This document shows, one piece after another, positions 55,081 through 64,000 of a stretch of DNA of 64,000 nt. The position numbers and the translations under genes were made by a program. The stretch is from contig JAUCBJ010001861.1 in NCBI GenBank assembly GCA_032718475.1, forward strand, positions 1-64,000. The letters run 5' to 3'. Below the pieces are notes generated by a model. The model made no database searches, had not been told where the DNA came from, and saw nothing but the letters and a program-made list of their open reading frames with translations. Positions within the stretch are counted from its first letter, which is position 1, and every line of letters starts with the position of its first letter. This DNA comes from Nemertoderma westbladi (taxonomy: Eukaryota > Animalia > Xenacoelomorpha).

Positions 55081-56554
55081 CTGTAACCGAAGAATTAATT
55101 GATATTAATATTAATTAACGGTAATTAAAACAAAACAAACCCAAATAAAATTAGATTATTCGCTGGGTCTCTGATTCGTCGTCAGTTATCCATGTTGACT
55201 ATTTTCTCAAGCTATATGGTAGAGTAGTCAGTGTCACTCACTTCACATAATCAATTTTGTCTGTGTCAAAGTACCTCTAGTTGCTGCAAACACTGGTTCC
55301 TGTTACACATGAGTGCGGACAGACGACCCACACACATGGGACTGAACACCAAATCCCACAAGTTTGAGGAGTTTAACTCAGACTAGTTACTACCACTAAA
55401 CCAAAAAGGAGAAACTCACACTTCATATCTTAAAGGCAGTTTTTTCATTGAACAAAACAACCCACGAATGGCATATAAACTTAAACCCACCAACAATTGA
55501 TTCTATATATCAACTTTTAGCATCGTACCGGTAGTTAGATCCCTTATAGATCCTAGATCTAGATCCCTTATTCTCACAACGAACAGGCCCTATACTATTT
55601 TGCTCACCTACTACATACCTGTTGCTGTTGTACTTGGTGTTACTGATTAAATTGGATTCATTAATATTAATAATATTTTATTTGCTAGACCTTAATATTT
55701 CCCAACGTGAGAGTATTAGTCACAAATAATTATATTGCCTTAAGACCTTAATATACTTTCCAACGGTCCGGCCTTTTATTCCAATATAGTGATAGTATTA
55801 GTATATAGTATATAATAATTATAAGAATAATTTAGTATATTATTATATTGCTCAGATTGAGGTGCTGATTTTATAGATGACTTTATGTATTTTACATGTT
55901 TTACTATTATATTATCAATTTACCTTTTACTTAATAAAGCCGCCGGTGGCGTAAGTCTGGATGAATAAATAAAAAATAAGTTAATCATATTACGCCTAAG
56001 TCCACTGCAGCTCTAAACAGCTACTATCCTGACTGAGCATTGCTGATTAATGCGTTTTCTATGCACAGGCTTCATATATTTCGAAAGCACCATAGGAAGC
56101 TCGAACGTGCTATATTTTCTCAAAATAAAGCATGTGTATTGTGGAACGAATCAGGGCACATTGTATTTATTGGCACAGATTGTATATTCAATTTTCATAA
56201 CAACGAAACTTCTGGTGATTGTCGCCTTCAATCACTGTCCATCACTCCATCAGTCATCTAACTTATTGTCAAATATTAGTGCGACATGGCTCATGACATA
56301 GTCAACAAAATATTTAATGGAGTTTTGCAGGTACAGAAAACTACGCAGCAAGTGGGCAGTGGGCACCAAAGCAAGAATGCAGATTTCAGCGATGGTTGAC
56401 GAGAAGGAACACAATTAACATGTGCGGCGACCCAAATGGAAGATTGCCTTGACGCATTGCATAAACATCCCAATGGTGCATCATATGGTAAAATCTATAT
56501 CGATCGTAAGGGTCTATCAATACTACAATTGAAATTAACAACAATTTTACGAAC

Positions 56555-57705
56555 CTGTCTTTACTGCGTCGCTTTTCGTGACTCCGACTGCGCCCCTTAT
56601 CGCGACTCCGGCTGTGTTTCCAATCTCCACCATCACCCTCCGACTCCAACCTAGACCGGCGCCCGCTCTCACACTCAGAGTCCCTTTTTATCCGTCTGTC
56701 AGTTTCTCCGGAGTCCCTTTTTGCTAGTCTGTCAGTATTGTCCGAGTCATTTCTGATCCGTCTGCCACTATCGCCGGAGTCTATTTTTTTATGTCTGTCA
56801 GTTTCACCTGAGTCCTTTTTAATCAACCTGTCAGTTTCATCTGAGATTCGCTTTGCTCTCCTATCAGCGCCAGTCTCTGAATCCCTTACGACCCGTCGAT
56901 CAGCCATCGAATCACGTTTCATCTGTTGTTCCGTCTCAATGTCTAATTCCCGACCACTTTGCCTTTTCAATTCAACCATCGACCTTTCCGATTTTACCAC
57001 CACATCCCTTTTCGATGACCGTTCGGACTCTTTGGTCTGAATATCATTGCCCTCAACAGAGTCCCTCTTAGTCCGTCGCTTATATTCGCCTTCCTCCTGC
57101 CCTAACCGAGCCCTTCTCGAATCTACGGGGCGTTCCATCTCCGAGCCATCGGTCCTTTCCTCTCGCAGTAACTGCCGTCGGAGTTTCTCCTTCTGGGCTT
57201 CCAACCTCCGGGTTTCCTCTTCCTCGCTATCGGAACTGCCGTCCCGATGACGAGTTCGTTTAACGCGGCGACTCTTGTGTTCCTCCTCGTCGCGGTGAAC
57301 CAACCCCAACTCCGAGGATCTCGGTTTGGAACTCGTCGACTCATCCTCCCGGTGGTGACGTTTCCGAGCCGCGTGGATCCGCGGTGGGGAATGTTCCGGA
57401 GTCGACAGCTCCTCCGGAGTTCGTTTAGATCGCCGTCGATCCACTTCGGGGGAGCTGCGACCTTTACGACGGAGTTTCTCCTCCTTCTCTTTTCCCGACT
57501 CAGCCATCGATCCCCCAGTTATCAGTTTTGCTTCCTCGAATATTTTCCTTTGAATCTGCTTGGCAGTTTTCTCGATTTTGTAATCTGTATCAGATATCTC
57601 ACCTTCCTCGCTTTCGCTTTGGTAGTTTTTACCTAATTGAGTGAGAACGTGGTCAATATCAGTATCTTTAGTCTTCGACGATTTGTGCGCTTTAGAAGAT
57701 TGCAC
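56555..57705 (-). CDS. PRPF4B: PRP4 kinase large RS/charged exon (VQSSKAHK...SRSHEKRRSKD)
   Basis: 1151 nt open; ESEEGEI motif and RS-rich sequence typical of the PRP4K N-terminus; acceptor ttttcttag|, donor CAG|GTTCGT. Confidence 0.85.
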
Positions 57706-58239
57706 CTAAGAAAAAGAAAAATGAACGAAATGGTGACCAACAATTTACATCAATTAAATATAATTAATGCACTCTCCTATGCGAAGCCATTTATATAACA
57801 AACTATGTGCAACGAAGGGCATATCATGTTGATTTTCAATGGGTTTTTGTGTTACAAATCATACAGGTTATTAGATAAACAGGTTACAGAGACGGAGAGA
57901 CAGACCCCGCTTATACCACAACAGTTTACTAATAAGTTTTGTGATATACCTGTAAATCACATATTCCATCCTTTCTGGTTTCTACATAGAGTTACTTCAG
58001 TTTTACGTTGAATAGTCAGCCTCCGAAGAAGTTCTCCTTGTATAAGATACTTCGTTGTAAGCTCTAGTAGTAGTGTAGTACTAGTGTAGTACTCTTTACT
58101 GAACTCTAAACTTCAATTTATATAAAGTTCTACACATTTGACCTGGGGATACATTCTTTCTTAGTTCTCACAAGCATAAAATCTGGTAATCAGATTATAT
58201 GATACCAAATTCGCATTAAATTGTGACTCGAACACAAAC

Positions 58240-58362
58240 CTTTTGCTGACTAGTAGAAGATAGGCGATGTTTATGGCGGGATTTCTTCGATTTTATTCGT
58301 TCCTGTAACTCTTTTAGCGCTTGAACGTGCTTTTGTAATCCAGAATATTCCATATCGTCGTC
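58240..58362 (-). CDS. PRPF4B: Probable near-N-terminal PRP4K exon (DDDMEYSGLQKHVQALKELQERIKSKKSRHKHRLSSTSQQK)
   Basis: 123 nt open, in frame with the 57705 exon; acceptor actcttag|, donor AAG|GTTTGT; KKSRHKH resembles the KH-rich PRP4K N-terminus. True start codon uncertain. Confidence 0.65.
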
Positions 58363-58703
58363 CTAAGAGTCAAATACATAAAATAAATAAATTCAAGGTC
58401 GTAGTTGCTATAGAAACTTGGAACATTATTAAAATAATAACCCCGGTGCTGAAACCCATAAGGGTTGAGGTACGGCATGGCGGCCTACGAGAGGAAGAAG
58501 TTACTTAAATAACTTTTAGGTTAAATCAAATTATCAGCCAATGTGATTGTGAAATACTCATTACAGGGTTGCCACTCTAGATCAGTTTAAATTTTCCCTG
58601 ACTTTTTCCTGACTTTTTTGAAAAAATTCCCTGACTGCAGGTACACAACATTTTTATAGAATATAGTATAATAGTATATGGCCGCTTTATAATATTCCAA
58701 ACA

Positions 58704-61700
58704 AAGTTAAATGATTAGAGTGCACCGCACCTATATATTTAGTGATGTAAGTTAAATGATTAGAGTGCACCTAAATATTCAGTGATGTAAGTTAAATGAT
58801 TAGAGTGCACCTATATATTTAGTGATGTAAGTTAAATGATTAGAGTGCACCTAAATATTCAGTGATGTAAGTTAAATGATTAGAGTGCACCTAAATATTC
58901 AGTGATGTAAGTTAAATGATTAGAGTGCACCTATATATTTAGTGATGTAAGTTAAATGATTAGAGTGCACCTATATATTTAGTGATGTAAGTTAAATGAT
59001 TAGAGTGCACCTATATATTTAGTGATGTAAGTTAAATGATTAGAGTGCACCTATATATTTAGTGATGTAAGTTAAATGATTAGAGTGCACCTAAATATTC
59101 AGTGATGTAAGTTAAATGATTAGAGTGCACCTATATATTTAGTGATGTAAGTTAAATGATTAGAGTGCACCTATATATTTAGTGATGTAAGTTAAATAAT
59201 TAGAGTGCACCTATATATTTAGTGATGTAAGTTAAATGATTAGAGTGCACCTATATATTTAGTGATGTAAGTTAAATGATTAGAGTGCACCGCACCTATA
59301 TATTTAGTGATGTAAGTTAAATGATTAGAGTGCACCAATATATTTAGTGATGTAAGTTAAATGATTAGAGTGCACCTATATATTTAGTGATGTAAGTTAA
59401 GCGATTAGAGTGCACCAATATATTTAGTGATGTAAGTTAAATGATTAGAGTGCACCGCACCTATATATTTAGTGATGTAAGTTAAATGATTAGAGTGCAC
59501 CAATATATTTAGTGATGTAAGTTAAATGATTAGAGTGCACCTATATATTTAGTGATGTAAGTTAAGCGATTAGAGTGCACCAATATATTTAGTGATGTAA
59601 GTTAAATGATTAGAGTGCACCGCACCTATATATTTAGTGATGTAAGTTAAATGATTAGAGTGCACCGCACCTAAATATTTAGTGATGTAAGTTAAATGAT
59701 TAGAGTGCACCTATATATTTAGTGATGTAAGTTAAATGATTAGAGTGCACCTATATATTTAGTGATGTAAGTTAAGCGATTAGAGTGCACCAATATATTT
59801 AGTGATGTAAGTTAAATGATTAGAGTGCACCGCACCTATATATTTAGTGATGTAAGTTAAATGATTAGAGTGCACCAATATATTTAGTGATGTAAGTTAA
59901 ATGATTAGAGTGCACCTATATATTTAGTGATGTAAGTTAAATGATTAGAGTGCACCTATATATTTAGTGATGTAAGTTAAATGATTAGAGTGCACCGCAC
60001 CTATATATTTAGTGATGTAAGTTAAATGATTAGAGTGCACCAATATATTTAGTGATGTAAGTTAAATGATTAGAGTGCACCTATATATTTAGTGATGTAA
60101 GTTAAGCGATTAGAGTGCACCAATATATTTAGTGATGTAAGTTAAATGATTAGAGTGCACCGCACCTATATATTTAGTGATGTAAGTTAAATGATTAGAG
60201 TGCACCTATATATTTAGTGATGTAAGTTAAATGATTAGAGTGCACCGCACCTATATATTTAGTGATGTAAGTTAAATGATTAGAGTGCACCGCACCTAAA
60301 TATTTAGTGATGTAAGTTAAATGATTAGAGTGCACCTATATATTTAGTGATGTAAGTTAAATGATTAGAGTGCACCTATATATTTAGTGATGTAAGTTAA
60401 GCGATTAGAGTGCACCAATATATTTAGTGATGTAAGTTAAATGATTAGAGTGCACCGCACCTATATATTTAGTGATGTAAGTTAAATGATTAGAGTGCAC
60501 CAATATATTTAGTGATGTAAGTTAAATGATTAGAGTGCACCTATATATTTAGTGATGTAAGTTAAATGATTAGAGTGCACCTATATATTTAGTGATGTAA
60601 GTTAAATGATTAGAGTGCCCCTATATATTTAGTGATGTAAGTTAAATGATTAGAGTGCACCGCACCTATATATTTAGTGATGTAAGTTAAATGATTAGAG
60701 TGCACCTAAATATTTAGTGATGTAAGTTAAATGATTAGAGTGCACCGCACCTATATATTTAGTGATGTAAGTTAAATGATTAGAGTGCACCGCACCTATA
60801 TATTTAGTGATGTAAGTTAAATGATTAGAGTGCCCCTATATATTTAGTGATGTAAGTTAAATGATTAGAGTGCACCGCACCTATATATTTAGTGATGTAA
60901 GTTAAATGATTAGAGTGCACCTAAATATTTAGTGATGTAAGTTAAATGATTAGAGTGCACCGCACCTATATATTTAGTGATGTAAGTTAAATGATTAGAG
61001 TGCACCGCACCTATATATTTAGTGATGTAAGTTAAATGATTAGAGTGCACCGCACCAATATATTTAGTGATGTAAGTTAAATGATTAGAGTGCACCTAAA
61101 TATTTTGTGATGTAAGTTAAATGATTAGAGTGCACCGCACCTATATATTTAGTGATGTAAGTTAAATGATTAGAGTGCACCGAACCTATATATTTAGTGA
61201 TGTAAGTTAAATGATTAGAGTGCACCGCACCAATATATTTAGTGATGTAAGTTAAATGATTAGAGTGCACCGCACCTATATATTTAGTGATGTAAGTTAA
61301 ATGATTAGAGTGCACCTAAATATTTAGTGATGTAAGTTAAATGATTAGAGTGCACCTAAATATTTAGTGATGTAAGTTAAATGATTAGAGTGCACCTAAA
61401 TATTCAGTGATGTAAGTTAAATGATTAGAGTGCACCTATATATTTAGTGATGTAAGTTAAGTGATTAGAGTGCACCTAAATATTCAGTGATGTAAGTTAA
61501 ATGATTAGAGTGCACCTATATATTTAGTGATGTAAGTTAAATGATTAGAGTGCACCTATATATTTAGTGATGTAAGTTAAATGATTAGAGTGCACCGCAC
61601 CTATATATTTAGTGATGTAAGTTAAATGATTAGAGTGCACCGCACCTATATATTTAGTGATGTAAGTTAAATGATTAGAGTGCACCGCACCAATATATTT

Positions 61701-64000
61701 AGTGATGTAAGTTAAATGATTAGAGTGCACCGCACCTATATATTTAGTGATGTAAGTTAAATGATTAGAGTGCACCTAAATATTTAGTGATGTAAGTTAA
61801 ATGATTAGAGTGCACCTAAATATTCAGTGATGTAAGTTAAATGATTAGAGTGCACCTAAATATTTAGTGATGTAAGTTAAATGATTAGAGTGCACCGCAC
61901 CTATATATTTAGTGATGTAAGTTAAATGATTAGAGTGCACCTATAAATTTAGTGATGTAAGTTAAATGATTAGAGTGCACCAATATATTTAGTGATGTAA
62001 GTTAAGCGAGTAGAGTGCACCGCACCTATATATTTAGTGATGTAAGTTAAATGATTAGAGTGCACCTAAATATTTAGTGATGTAAGTTAAATGATTAGAG
62101 TGCACCTAAATATTTAGTGATGTAAGTTAAATGATTAGAGTGCACCGCACCTATATATTTAGTGATGTAAGTTAAATGATTAGAGTGCACCTATAAATTT
62201 AGTGATGTAAGTTAAATGATTAGAGTGCACCAATATATTTAGTGATGTAAGTTAAATGATTAGAGTGCACCTAAATATTTAGTGATGTAAGTTAAATGAT
62301 TAGAGTGCCCCTATATATTTAGTGATGTAAGTTAAATGATTAGAGTGCTCCTATATATTTAGTGATGTAAGTTAAATGATTAGAGTGCACCGCACCTATA
62401 TATTTAGTGATGTAAGTTAAATGATTAGAGTGCACCTATAAATTTAGTGATGTAAGTTAAATGATTAGAGTGCACCAATATATTTAGTGATGTAAGTTAA
62501 ATGATTAGAGTGCACCTAAATATTTAGTGATGTAAGTTAAATGATTAGAGTGCCCCTATATATTTAGTGATGTAAGTTAAAATGATTAGAGTGCACCTAT
62601 ATATTTAGTGATGTAAGTTAAATGATTAGAGTGCACCAATATATTTAGTGATGTAAGTTAAATGATTAGAGTGCACCTAAATATTTAGTGATGTAAGTTA
62701 AATGATTAGAGTGCCCCTATATATTTAGTGATGTAAGTTAAAATGATTAGAGTGCACCGCACCTATATATTTAGTGATGTAAGTTAAATGATTAGAGTGC
62801 ACCTATAAATTTAGTGATGTAAGTTAAATGATTAGAGTGCACCAATATATTTAGTGATGTAAGTTAAATGATTAGAGTGTACCTAAATATTTAGTGATGT
62901 AAGTTAAATGATTAGAGTGCCCCTATATATTTAGTGATGTAAGTTAAAATGATTAGAGTGCACCTATATATTTAGTGATGTAAGTTAAATGATTAGAGTG
63001 CACCAATTTAGTGATGTAAGTTAAATGATTAGAGTGCACCTAAATATTTAGTGATGTAAGTTAAATGATAAGAGTGCCCCTATATATTTAGTGATGTAAG
63101 TTAAATGATTAGAGTGCCCCTATATATTTAGTGATGTAAGTTAAAATGATTAGAGTGCACCTATATATTTAGTGATGTAAGTTAAATGATTAGAGTGCAC
63201 CAATATATTTAGTGATGTAAGTTAAATGATTAGAGTGCACCTATATATTTAGTGATGTAAGTTAAATGATTAGAGTGCACCGCACCTATATATTTAGTGA
63301 TGTAAGTTAAATGATTAGAGTGCACCGCACCTAAATATTTAGTGATGTAAGTTAAATGATTAGAGTGCCCCTATATATTTAGTGATGTAAGTTAAAATGA
63401 TTAGAGTGCACCTATATATTTAGTGATGTAAGTTAAATGATTAGAGTGCACCGCACCTATATATTTAGTGATGTAAGTTAAATGATTAGAGTGCACCGCA
63501 CCAATATATTTAGTGATGTAAGTTAAATGATTAGAGTGCACCGCACCTATATATTTAGTGATGTAAGTTAAATGATTAGAGTGCACCGCACCAATATATT
63601 TAGTGATGTAAGTTAAATGATTAGAGTGCACCTATATATTTAGTGATGTAAGTTAAATGATTAGAGTGCACCGCACCAATATATTTAGTGATGTAAGTTA
63701 AATGATTAGAGTGCACCGCACCTATATATTTAGTGATGTAAGTTAAATGATTAGAGTGCACCTAAATATTTAGTGATGTAAGTTAAATGATTAGAGTGCA
63801 CCTAAATATTCAGTGATGTAAGTTAAATGATTAGAGTGCACCAATATATTTAGTGATGTAAGTTAAATGATTAGAGTGCACCGCACCTATATATTTAGTG
63901 ATGTAAGTTAAATGATTAGAGTGCACCTATAAATTTAGTGATGTAAGTTAAATGATTAGAGTGCACCAATATATTTAGTGATGTAAGTTAAATGATTAGA
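58704..64000. repeat. 40/45-bp satellite (more than 120 copies, runs off the window end)
   Basis: Unit agtgatgtaagttaaatgattagagtgcac(cgcac)ctatatattt. Confidence 0.97.

Noticed and set aside
56386-56554. C-terminal extension of the 439-aa ORF as a stand-alone gene
   Set aside because: Composition changes abruptly after the CAG|GTTCGT donor; this is intron read-through of a PRP4K exon.
58564-58640. cagggttgcc...ttccctgac repeats resembling a hAT-type transposon end
   Set aside because: Only one end is visible, with no matching TIR or TSD in the window.

Overview
Animal (metazoan, AT-rich, species not determinable) genomic DNA, not prokaryotic. The backbone is a minus-strand, multi-exon gene for the spliceosomal kinase PRP4K (PRPF4B). 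Eleven coding exons between 58362 and 6608 can be joined by GT-AG junctions with consistent phase, and the kinase C-terminus must lie left of the window. Its introns hold three nested intron-poor genes (an EF-hand/WD40 protein, an SVOP-like MFS transporter, a TSP1 single-pass membrane protein), a near-intact Ty1/copia (GalEa-like) LTR retrotransposon, a tRNA-derived SINE, several non-autonomous DNA elements and seven unrelated satellites; an eighth satellite lies upstream of the first identified exon. The most striking pattern is that several satellites are tandem amplifications of the gene's own splice signals. The 26-, 50- and 66-bp arrays each repeat a real exon-end|5' splice-site junction (about 108, 46 and 136 copies), and the 13-bp array repeats the likely branch point (about 76 copies) of the exon whose donor is also amplified. 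Copy numbers are estimated from span divided by unit length.
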